Assembly (NCBI GenBank): GCA_044225365.1
Contig: JBGAIQ010000068.1
Coordinates: 1-28,012 of the forward strand
Direction of reading: 5' to 3'
Length of the DNA stretch: 28,012 nt
From: Planctomycetota bacterium
GTDB taxonomy: Bacteria > Planctomycetota > B15-G4 > JADJEK01
The notes below the pieces were generated by a model. It saw only the letters and a program-made list of their open reading frames with translations. It was not told the origin of the DNA and did no database searches. A program made the translations under genes and the position numbers. Of this stretch, positions 8,732-17,046 are shown one piece after another. Positions within the stretch are counted from its first letter, which is position 1; each line of letters begins with the position of its first letter.

Positions 8732-11700
8732 ATGCGTCGTGCGCTGGAAGCCCTCGTCGTTGCGATCGCGTTGCTCGCCCTGCTCGTGGCGTTGCATCGC
8801 GACGCCGTGTTCCACGGCAAGCTACTCGCGCCCCTCGACAAGCTCGGAGAATACGAGCCGTGGAAGAGCGCGTTCGACGCCGGCCGCTGCGTCAATCCCG
8901 CGCTCTCCGATCAGGTCACCTTGTTGCCGTGGACACCGCTCGCGGCGCAGCGCCTGATCCACGACGGTGAGATGACGCTGTGGAACCCGTTCCAGGGCTG
9001 CGGAACGCCGCTCCACGCGAATACGCTCTCGGCGCAACTCTTCCCGCTGATGTGGCTCCATGCGTTGCTCCCGCGGCAAGCCGCGCTGCTCGCGATCGGG
9101 CTCGCCCGCGGATTCCTCGCCGGTTTCTTCTTCTTCCTCCTGCTGCGACGACGAGGCGTGTCGTTTCTCGCGTCGCTCTTCGGAGCGCTCGCGCTGCCGA
9201 TCTCCGGCTTCTACGCGATCTGGCTCGGACATCAGCAGACGATCGTTGCATGCCTCCTCCCGCTGCTGCTCTGGCTCGTCGATCGCGCGATCGAGCGCGC
9301 ATCGCCCGTGCGCGTCGCGCTCGTCGGACTCGTCTCCGGCTCGACGCTCCTCGCCGGCCATACCGAGACCGCACTGCACGTCCTGCTGATCGCGGGCGCC
9401 TACGCGGTCTTCGGCTGCTTCTTCGCCGCGAAGCCGCTTCGTCGCCGCGTCCTCGACCTGCTCGCGATCACGGGCGGATTCCTGATCGGCGCGCTCATCT
9501 CGATGGCGCAGGTCCTGCCGTTCCTCGAGTACTCGCTGAATTCGGCGATCATCTTCCTGCGGCACAACCCGCTCTATCGCTTCCACAACGCGTGGCGCGA
9601 CCTGCGGCCGGACGAAACGACGCCCGCCGTGTTGTCGATCGTGGCGGCGCTCGCGGCGATCGTGCTCACCGGTCGCGCGGCGCGGTCGATCCGCGGCGGC
9701 GAGAACGGCAAATCGCTCGCGTTCACGCTGCTCGCGATCGCGGCCTCCGTGATCGCGTTCCATCACGCATTCGCTCTCGGCCTCCTCGATCAGTTCGAGC
9801 TCTTCCTCGATCCCGACCGGCGAGGCAGTCCGCTCCAGGATCGCGCGAGCGGCGCCTACGTCGGATACCTGCTCTACGTCGAGATGAACTGCGGCTACGC
9901 CTCGCTCGCCGCCCTTCCGCTCGCGATCGCGGCGATGGCCTTGCGCCCCCGCGGGAACGGACGCAGCGACAAGGGAACGCTCGTACTCGCCGCGATGGTG
10001 TTCATCTCGCTTGCGATCGTCTTCGAATGGCCGCTCGTCGCGCACGCGATCTCGCGCACGCCGGTCTTCGCGGAAGCGAAGAACAAGCGACTCCTGCTCG
10101 CGTCGTCGTTCGGCATCTTGTGGCTCGCCGCGAAGGGGATCGATCTGCTTCGGGATGCTGCGCGCCGTGACGAGCGCCGCGCGTTCCTCGCCGTTCTCGT
10201 CGCGATCGCGGTGCTCGCCCTCGGCATCGTCGGCGGGCGCTTTCTTGCGAAGCCGGACAGCCCCGTCGGGAATCCGAGCGTCCCGGTGACGGAATCGACT
10301 CCCGCCGAGATCGTGAAGCAGAACGCCGCCGCGCTCGCCCGCGGCGAACTCGTCGCTCACGTTCGCGATCTCGTCCCCGAGCGCGCACGCGCCGGCGATT
10401 CGATCGAGCTGTCCGCCTACGCCTTCGTTCCCGATTCGATCGCGAGTCTCGATCTCCTCATCGCAGGCGTGGAGAAGCAGGTCGCATCGCGCCTCGAGGC
10501 TCTCCCACCTCCCGCGGACCTGCTCACGCTCGAACGGCTACCGAAGCTGGCGACGAGCGCGTATCGCGCCGTCATCGACGGCTCGAAGGAAGCAGGGCTC
10601 CCGACCGGTCGCTACTCGGTGTTCGTGATCGGCAAGGATCGCGAGGGCAACGAGGTGTCGCGCGTCGCCTGCGGCGCGCTCTACTTCTCTCGCCCCGCCA
10701 CGGCGACCTGGCGCTACGTGCTCGCGATCTCGCTTCTCCTGCTCTCGGTCCTCTTCGCGCTCGGCCTCGGCGACCTCGCGATCCAGCTGTTCGCGATCGC
10801 CGCGCTCCTCGATCTCTTCCTGTTCGCCGACGGCTTCAATCCGGCCGTCGATAAGAAGTGGGACTTCCCCACGACCCCCGCGATCGAGTTCCTGAAGGCG
10901 CATCAGGACGCCGCGCACCCCTCGCGCGTTTACGGCATCAACGCGAACATCCTCCCCGCGAACATCGCGACTGCGTACCAACTCGCCGATACGCGCAACT
11001 ACGACTCGGTCGACATCAACGCCTACAACTCCTACCTCGGGCTCTTCGCGAAGACCTCGCTCGAGGGCGCGACTCGCGCGCCGCTCGATTGCGCGTCGCC
11101 GCTCTTCGATCTCCTCGCGGCACGCTACGTATTGTGTCCGAAGGGGACTTCCGATGCCGGCAAGCCCGCGCCGGACTTCACGCGAGTGTTCGATCGCGAG
11201 ATCACGATCTTCGAGAATCCGCACGCTCTTCCGCGCTGCTTCGTCGCGCAGGAAGCCGTGACGCCCGCCGCGATCGTGAAGCTCTCCGGCGGTGATCCGA
11301 AGAACCAGGCTCACCTCGATCTGTTCGCGCAGGCCTGGAAGAAGGCTTTGGAGCAACATCAGATCTTCCCCGGCAATCGAGTTCTCGTCCTCGACGAGGA
11401 TGCGGCGCGCTTCCACGCGAAGTCCGAGATCGAGGGCAAACTCGAGTCGACCACCGTGAAGCCCGCGCGGTTCCTCGTCGACGATTGCGATCGGTTGGTC
11501 GTCGAGGCCGAGTCCGACGACGACGGAGTGCTCTTCCTCGCCGACGCCTTCATGCCGGGCTGGGTCGCATCGATCGACGGCCAGGCCGCACAACCCTGCG
11601 CGCGCGCCGATCTCGCCTTCCGCGCGATTCCCTTCCCCAAGGGAGTGCATCGCGTCGAGTTCCGCTACGAGTCGAAGATGATCGCGTGGGGCATGCGACT

Positions 11701-11818
11701 GTTCGGCGTCGGGCTCGGGCTCGTCGTCGCGCTCGTGGCCATGGGAATGCTGTTCACGAGGTCGCCGCATTCGAATCCGGAGTTCGAATCCGGCTCGGCT
11801 CGCCCCGCTCAGTTCTGA
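8732..11818 (+). CDS. YfhO-family polytopic membrane protein (putative GT-C glycosyltransferase)
   Basis: LWNPFQGCGTPLHAN motif, many TM helices, LLAGH, AQVLP, and a C-terminal ENPHALPR...LFLADAFMPGWVASIDG...GVHRVEFRY region followed by a final TM. Alternative starts are at 8690 and 8693. Confidence 0.8.
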   Translation: MRRALEALVVAIALLALLVALHRDAVFHGKLLAPLDKLGEYEPWKSAFDAGRCVNPALSDQVTLLPWTPLAAQRLIHDGEMTLWNPFQGCGTPLHANTLSAQLFPLMWLHALLPRQAALLAIGLARGFLAGFFFFLLLRRRGVSFLASLFGALALPISGFYAIWLGHQQTIVACLLPLLLWLVDRAIERASPVRVALVGLVSGSTLLAGHTETALHVLLIAGAYAVFGCFFAAKPLRRRVLDLLAITGGFLIGALISMAQVLPFLEYSLNSAIIFLRHNPLYRFHNAWRDLRPDETTPAVLSIVAALAAIVLTGRAARSIRGGENGKSLAFTLLAIAASVIAFHHAFALGLLDQFELFLDPDRRGSPLQDRASGAYVGYLLYVEMNCGYASLAALPLAIAAMALRPRGNGRSDKGTLVLAAMVFISLAIVFEWPLVAHAISRTPVFAEAKNKRLLLASSFGILWLAAKGIDLLRDAARRDERRAFLAVLVAIAVLALGIVGGRFLAKPDSPVGNPSVPVTESTPAEIVKQNAAALARGELVAHVRDLVPERARAGDSIELSAYAFVPDSIASLDLLIAGVEKQVASRLEALPPPADLLTLERLPKLATSAYRAVIDGSKEAGLPTGRYSVFVIGKDREGNEVSRVACGALYFSRPATATWRYVLAISLLLLSVLFALGLGDLAIQLFAIAALLDLFLFADGFNPAVDKKWDFPTTPAIEFLKAHQDAAHPSRVYGINANILPANIATAYQLADTRNYDSVDINAYNSYLGLFAKTSLEGATRAPLDCASPLFDLLAARYVLCPKGTSDAGKPAPDFTRVFDREITIFENPHALPRCFVAQEAVTPAAIVKLSGGDPKNQAHLDLFAQAWKKALEQHQIFPGNRVLVLDEDAARFHAKSEIEGKLESTTVKPARFLVDDCDRLVVEAESDDDGVLFLADAFMPGWVASIDGQAAQPCARADLAFRAIPFPKGVHRVEFRYESKMIAWGMRLFGVGLGLVVALVAMGMLFTRSPHSNPEFESGSARPAQF

Positions 11819-14673
11819 TTCGTCGCGTCATCACGGATCTTCTTGGCCTCGTCCGGTCGGCCGAGTCTCTCCAAGGCGATCGCGAGCTCTTCCGCCACGC
11901 GGAGGATCGAGGGATCGCCGGACTTCAGCGTCGCGTATTGAATCGCGAGCGAGCGCCGCAACATGTCTTCAGCCCCCTTCAGATCGCCGCTCTCGCGCTT
12001 TGCGACCCCGAGATCGAGCTCGACCGCGCCGACGCCGGGATCGCCCGTGCCAGCGAGCCGCGTGAAGTTGGAAAGGACCGCTTCGAGGAGCGGAATCGCC
12101 TCCAAGTATTCCTTCGAGAGCATGTATGTCGCGGCGAGGTCGCCGATCAGTTGGATGGTCGCCTCGTGTTCGTCGCCGAGCTCGCGACGGCAGGCGGCGA
12201 CGAGAGGCTTCAGCATCGCGACTCCCTCGTCCGGCTTCTTCAGCGCGTTCAGGGCTTCGGAGAGCCAGTTCGCCGCAGCGGTCACGGTGGGCGCCGTCGC
12301 GCCGAGCGATGAGCGGCCGGTCTCGACGATCGTGCGGAGTTCGGGCTCGGCCTCGTCGAATCGACGCTCCTCGATCAAGAAGGCCGCGAGCGCGAGCCGC
12401 ATCTCGAGCGCCTCGCGGTCGCCGGTTCCCGCGGCGCGCGCGGAATCCTCGACCGCCGCGCGAAGGATCGGCTCGGCCTCCGTTCTGCGACCCATGCGGC
12501 AGAGCACTTTCGCGAGCGACCGTCGGCACTGGCTCGTGGTCTCGGCGCCATCACCGAAGTAGCGGCGGGCGCCCTCGAGCGCGGACTGGAGTCGCTCGCG
12601 CGCGGCCTCGAAGGCGCCGCTCGCCGTCAGCGCCCGACCCTCCGTCTCGAGAGCCGTGATCGTCATGAGGCTTCGCTCGCCGAGGCGCGTCTCCGACTCG
12701 GCGTGGATCCTCGCCAGTTCCTTTGCCGCTTCCTCGGGCTCCGTCGCGATCGAGCGATCCGCGAGATCCAGTTCGATGCGGAGCCGAAAGGCGTGATTGT
12801 CGAGCGAAGTGCCCTTCACGTGGGAAAGCGCGCGATCGAGCATCTCGTGCGCCTCCGTCTTCTTGCCCGCCGCGAGCAACGTCTCGGCGCAGGCCGCCTC
12901 GACCATCGCCTGTTCTCCGCTGCCCGGCAAGTGCTCCCCGGCGATCGCGACGGCTCGTCGATGCAGTCCCTCTGCTTCCTCCATGCGGCCGAGTGAATCG
13001 AGGACCGTGCCGAGCGAACTCATCGCCACGATGACGTCCTTGTCGCTCTCACCCACGGCGGCCGCGAGGCCCGTCAACGCCGTTCGATACTCGCGTTCTG
13101 CGTCCTCGCGACGTCCCTGGCCCTTTCGCAGCGTTCCCAGGGCGATCCGTGCGCGCAAGGTCTCGACATCGCGATCTCCGAGCAGAGTTCGCCGCAATTC
13201 GACGGCGCGCTCGAGGTGAGGCGCGGCCGAGACGACGTCGTCGATCGACAGATAACACGCGCCGATCACGGAGCGGACGGCGGCCTCGACGAGCGGCTGG
13301 CCGCGCAGCTCCGAATCGATGCGGGTGGCCGCTTCGTCGATGACGGACTTCATCGTAGCGTCGCGCCTTCCCGTGTCGGCGCGGACGGCGGCGAAGATGT
13401 TCGTCACGAACGCCAGCGTTGCCTGGGCGCGCGTCGCCTCGAGGGCCGCGGAATCGCGGGCGCGCTCCGCCGCAGCTTTCTCGCGCAACGCGACCCATAG
13501 ACCGGTGGTGAGCGCGATCAGGATCGCGGCGAGCGTCGCGAGCGCCGAGCGATGGCGTCGCGCGAACTTCCTTGCTCGATAGAGGCCGCTCGGCGGGCCG
13601 ACTTCCAAGGGTTCGTCCGCCAGATACCGCGCGATGTCGGCCGCCAACTCCGACACCGACCGGTATCGACGATCCCGTTCGCGATCGACCGCTTTGGCGA
13701 CGATCCAATCGATCTCGCGCGGAATCGACGGATCGAGCACGCTCGGGGGCTTTGGTTCGGTGGTCGCGACGATCTGGATCGCCTCCACCACGTTCTTGCC
13801 GCGCAGATCGAAGAGCGGCGATCCGCATAGCAGTTCGTGGAGTACGGCTCCGAGCGAGTACACATCGGCGCGCACGTCGATCGCTTGCAGATCGCTGCGG
13901 AGCTGTTCGGGCGCCATGTACTGCAAAGTGCCGAGGACTTCGCCGGCGACGGTCCGACTCGACCGATCGTTGTCACCGCCCGCGATACGCGCGACCCCGT
14001 AGTCGATCACCTTGGGCGTGCCGCGCTCGTCGACCAAGATGTTGCTCGGCTTCAGATCACGATGCAGCACGCCGCGCTGATGGCCGTGGTGGACCGCGTC
14101 GCAAACCGCCGCGAATCGCAGCAGTCTCTCCCGAATCGATGAAGAAAGCCCCTGCTCGTACGCGCAGAGCGGCTTCGCGCCGGCGATCAGCTCCATCGCG
14201 AAGATCGGCCTGCCGTCGATCCCAGCCTCGAAGATCTGCGCGATGTTCGGATGCTGCAGGCGGGCGAGCGCTTCCGCCTCGTATTCGAAGCGCCGCCGCG
14301 CATTCGAATCGAGCAGATCGGCGCGAATCGTCTTGAGAGCGACGATGCGAGTGGGATGGCTCTGCGTCGCCTCGAACACCGTCCCCATTCCGCCCGACGC
14401 GATCACGCGCTGCAGCGTGTAGCGCCCGATCTGCATCCCAGGGCGAAGCTCCGGTTCGATGGGCGGGATGAGCCCGCGTTCGATCGCGTAGTGGAGCGGT
14501 GTGTACTCGAAGAGAGTCGCCGACTCGGCCTCCGCGGCGAGGAGCGCTTCCACTTCGGATCGGAGAGTCTCGTCCGACCCGCACTCCGCAGCGAGGAAGG
14601 CCCCGCGGCCCGCCGGGGCGATTTCGAGAGCGCGCTCGAAGACCGCGCGGATGCGAGGCCACGTCGGAGTCAT
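11809..14673 (-). CDS. Ser/Thr protein kinase with a TM helix and C-terminal TPR repeats (ECF-associated kinase type)
   Basis: N-terminal W.RIRAVFERALE...FLAAECG leader; kinase motifs IASGGMG, VALK, HRDLKPSN, DYG, GTLQYMAPE and DVYSLG; TM ALATLAAILIALTTGLWVAL; repeated TPR_12-like units (AVELRRTLLGD, RSLAIQYATL). Confidence 0.93.
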   Translation of the reverse strand: MTPTWPRIRAVFERALEIAPAGRGAFLAAECGSDETLRSEVEALLAAEAESATLFEYTPLHYAIERGLIPPIEPELRPGMQIGRYTLQRVIASGGMGTVFEATQSHPTRIVALKTIRADLLDSNARRRFEYEAEALARLQHPNIAQIFEAGIDGRPIFAMELIAGAKPLCAYEQGLSSSIRERLLRFAAVCDAVHHGHQRGVLHRDLKPSNILVDERGTPKVIDYGVARIAGGDNDRSSRTVAGEVLGTLQYMAPEQLRSDLQAIDVRADVYSLGAVLHELLCGSPLFDLRGKNVVEAIQIVATTEPKPPSVLDPSIPREIDWIVAKAVDRERDRRYRSVSELAADIARYLADEPLEVGPPSGLYRARKFARRHRSALATLAAILIALTTGLWVALREKAAAERARDSAALEATRAQATLAFVTNIFAAVRADTGRRDATMKSVIDEAATRIDSELRGQPLVEAAVRSVIGACYLSIDDVVSAAPHLERAVELRRTLLGDRDVETLRARIALGTLRKGQGRREDAEREYRTALTGLAAAVGESDKDVIVAMSSLGTVLDSLGRMEEAEGLHRRAVAIAGEHLPGSGEQAMVEAACAETLLAAGKKTEAHEMLDRALSHVKGTSLDNHAFRLRIELDLADRSIATEPEEAAKELARIHAESETRLGERSLMTITALETEGRALTASGAFEAARERLQSALEGARRYFGDGAETTSQCRRSLAKVLCRMGRRTEAEPILRAAVEDSARAAGTGDREALEMRLALAAFLIEERRFDEAEPELRTIVETGRSSLGATAPTVTAAANWLSEALNALKKPDEGVAMLKPLVAACRRELGDEHEATIQLIGDLAATYMLSKEYLEAIPLLEAVLSNFTRLAGTGDPGVGAVELDLGVAKRESGDLKGAEDMLRRSLAIQYATLKSGDPSILRVAEELAIALERLGRPDEAKKIRDDATNQN

Positions 14674-14679
14674 GTTCGA

Positions 14680-15300
14680 TCACGACGCGCGATCGGCGTC
14701 GGTCCCCTTCAACAGCCGATGGAGGAACGACCGCGCAACGGCGAACCGCCGCTCCACCGTCGCGAGCGACAAGCCGCGTAGTCTCGCGATCTCCTCGTTG
14801 GGAAGGCCCGCGAAGTAGCGAAGATCCACGAGTTCGGCGAGCTCCGGATCGACGGCGGCGAGCTTCTCGAGCGCATCGTTCAGGGGAAGCAACTCGAGAG
14901 CTTCCCTGGCAGGCAGGTCCGCGCTGGCCACGGCTCCCGTTTGATCGAGGGAGAGGGCGCGTTTTCCGTGGCCACGTTTTTCCGCAGCGCTCCGTCGCGC
15001 ATGATCGACCAGGATCGAGCGCATCGCCTTCGCGGCGGTGCAGCAGAAATGGAACTGACTCGTGTAGCCCTCGCCCGATGCATCGGAGGGTCCCGCGAGC
15101 TTCACCCACGCCTCGTGCAGCAATTCCGTCGGCCGCAATGTGGCTCCGGCATCGACGCGCGCGAGCTGCCGCTTCGCGAGGCCCTTCAGCTCGTCGTAGA
15201 GTCGGGAGAACAACTCCTTGCGCGCGGACTCATCGCCCGCGCGCAGGAGTTCGAGCAGCCGATCGATCGATGGAAAAGGGTCGGGCATCGCGGGCGCCAT
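14680..15300 (-). CDS. ECF RNA polymerase sigma factor, TIGR02999/Sigma70_ECF (kinase-associated) type
   Basis: LYDELKGLAKRQL, TLRPTELLHEAWVKL, AAKAMRSILVDHARR.AAEKRG and region 4 LVDLRYFAGL..EEIA...SLATVERR. It ends 6 bp upstream of the kinase start. Confidence 0.93.
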   Translation of the reverse strand: MAPAMPDPFPSIDRLLELLRAGDESARKELFSRLYDELKGLAKRQLARVDAGATLRPTELLHEAWVKLAGPSDASGEGYTSQFHFCCTAAKAMRSILVDHARRSAAEKRGHGKRALSLDQTGAVASADLPAREALELLPLNDALEKLAAVDPELAELVDLRYFAGLPNEEIARLRGLSLATVERRFAVARSFLHRLLKGTDADRAS

Positions 15301-15385
15301 GATCGCAGAATTCCAGCCGATTGCGAAATCGGAAGCGACTGGAACCCTGCGTTCGACGTCGTCCTCGACCCTCTCGACTCGACCA

Positions 15386-16099
15386 TTAGTGAAGTAGCAG
15401 GTCGGGATCCTGATCGGTTCCGAGCAGGATCGTGTCGTCGTTCACGCCGTCGGCCGTGACGACGTGATCGACGCCGCCGTTGCCGACCGCGATGTCGCGG
15501 CCGGTTCCGAGTTCGATGAGATCGTTCCCGGCGCCGCCGATGAGGATGTCGTTGCCGCCGCCGCCGATCAGATGAACCGGATACGGGAATCGCGGATCGA
15601 CCTCGATGCGGTCGTCGCCCGCGCCGCCCACGATTCGCAGAGACCGCGCTTCTTCGGCATCGAGGTACGACGTCTCGCGTACGCCGTCGTCCGTCATGTG
15701 GCCGAACTCGTCGAGCTTCCGAGTGCCGCGCGTGACGTACGCGCCGCCGGTGCTCGGCTCGTACCGGACCTCGATCAGGTCCTCGCCGCTCGTGCCTTGA
15801 ATGAGCCGGCCATGCATGAGTCCGTCGTTGTACTCGGGGAAGTCGGGGCCTTGGAGATAGTGGCGCAGGCGAGCCTTCAGCTTCGTGAGGGCGTCGAGAT
15901 CCTTCAATGGAAACGTGCCCATCTGCTGCGTCGTGAAGTAGTGGAGGAACGATCCCTCCTTCTTGGGATCGATCGCGCGGTACTTCGGATCGATCCCTCC
16001 CGTCGGAGGATTCGTGAGCGGAGGAAGCGCCGGCGCCTTCGCGGACGCGAGAGTGGTTCCGGAGACGATGGACGCGGTGAGCTTGGAGATCGAGGACAT
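15386..16099 (-). CDS. Hypothetical protein with RTX/hemolysin-type Ca-binding nonapeptide repeats (paralog A)
   Basis: RBS AAGGAG 7 nt before ATG 16099; repeats GGAGDDRIE, GGGGNDILI, GGAGNDLIE, LGTGRDIAV and GNGGVDHVV; homologous to 16375-16962. Confidence 0.85.
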   Translation of the reverse strand: MSSISKLTASIVSGTTLASAKAPALPPLTNPPTGGIDPKYRAIDPKKEGSFLHYFTTQQMGTFPLKDLDALTKLKARLRHYLQGPDFPEYNDGLMHGRLIQGTSGEDLIEVRYEPSTGGAYVTRGTRKLDEFGHMTDDGVRETSYLDAEEARSLRIVGGAGDDRIEVDPRFPYPVHLIGGGGNDILIGGAGNDLIELGTGRDIAVGNGGVDHVVTADGVNDDTILLGTDQDPDLLLH

Positions 16100-16170
16100 G
16101 AGGGTACTCCTTGTCGAAAAGGGTCGGGTTTGCGTGACGGCCGCTTCGAACGAAGCGGCTCCATGGTCAT

Positions 16171-16200
16171 CACGCGGCAGCAACGGATCACCCCTCATGA
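16171..16200 (-). promoter_or_regulatory. Putative ECF-type promoter for paralog A and possibly the sigma-kinase genes
   Basis: The minus strand reads TCATGAGGGG-N16-CGTG; the same motif and spacing occur at 16265-16294 on the plus strand. Confidence 0.6.
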
Positions 16201-16264
16201 GTTCTTCGATTCTCCTGGGGTGAGGATCTCCGAACGCGTCGCCATCGCGATGGTCCTCTTTTTT

Positions 16265-16294
16265 TCGTGAGGGGCGTTCGACCGCGACTTCGTG
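16265..16294 (+). promoter_or_regulatory. Putative ECF-type promoter for paralog B
   Basis: TCGTGAGGGG-N16-CGTG, preceded by a T7 tract (16259-16265) that could act as an UP element. Confidence 0.6.
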
Positions 16295-16374
16295 TTCTCG
16301 ATCGTCGCGACGAACCGCACGGTGCGGAAACCCGTCGCGAGCCCTCTCGAACCGCAACGAAATTGGAGACTCCC

Positions 16375-16962
16375 ATGATCTTCCCGAACCACTCTGCTCT
16401 CGGTGGCCTCAGCTCCTCCATCCTGTCGAGCCAACTCACCTCGACGGCGAAGAAGGTCGCGACCGGCTCGCTCGGATCGGCTACGCCGATCCTGAATCCT
16501 CAACTCGGCACGCCCGTCGAACCTCCTGGAACGGCCAAAGTGGATCATTCCTTCGACTCGAGTCGCATCCTCGAGAACGACGCGCTGAAGCGGATTCGTC
16601 CGAGCGATCCTTCGCCCTACGACACTCCGATCGAGCCGCCCGTCGCCGACGACCGGACTTCGCTGCCGCAGCTCGATGGCTACACCGAGTTCGTCGCGAA
16701 GGCGAAGAACCTGTTCTTCGGCAGCGATTTCGAGACGATCGACGACGGCACGTACCAGGGCAAGCGAATCGTGCCGACGGACGGCGACGACGTGATCGAG
16801 ATCCGCTACGACCCAGCGACGAGTGGGACCTTCGTCACCGTGAACGGCGAGACGTCGTATCTCACCGCCGAGGACGCGCACTTCCTGTTCATCGATGGAG
16901 TCGGCGCGAACGACGTCGTGAAGATCGACGCCGCGTATCCCTACCCCGTGGTTCAGCACTGA
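16375..16962 (+). CDS. Hypothetical protein (paralog B), lacking the C-terminal RTX-repeat tail
   Basis: GGAG at 16365-16368 before ATG 16375; aligns by hand to paralog A in two ungapped blocks (19/40 and 17/34 identities). Confidence 0.82.
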   Translation: MIFPNHSALGGLSSSILSSQLTSTAKKVATGSLGSATPILNPQLGTPVEPPGTAKVDHSFDSSRILENDALKRIRPSDPSPYDTPIEPPVADDRTSLPQLDGYTEFVAKAKNLFFGSDFETIDDGTYQGKRIVPTDGDDVIEIRYDPATSGTFVTVNGETSYLTAEDAHFLFIDGVGANDVVKIDAAYPYPVVQH

Positions 16963-17046
16963 GCGACCAGATCCTCGGACGAGTCGGGCGAGTGCGCGGT
17001 GCGAACCACCGCGGCTTGCCCGCGCTCGTTCGTGCCGCCTCGGGCG

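Noticed and set aside
16242-16265. Intrinsic terminator (palindrome followed by a T7 run)
   Set aside because: The stem is short and separated from the T run, and no gene ends here; it lies between divergent promoters.
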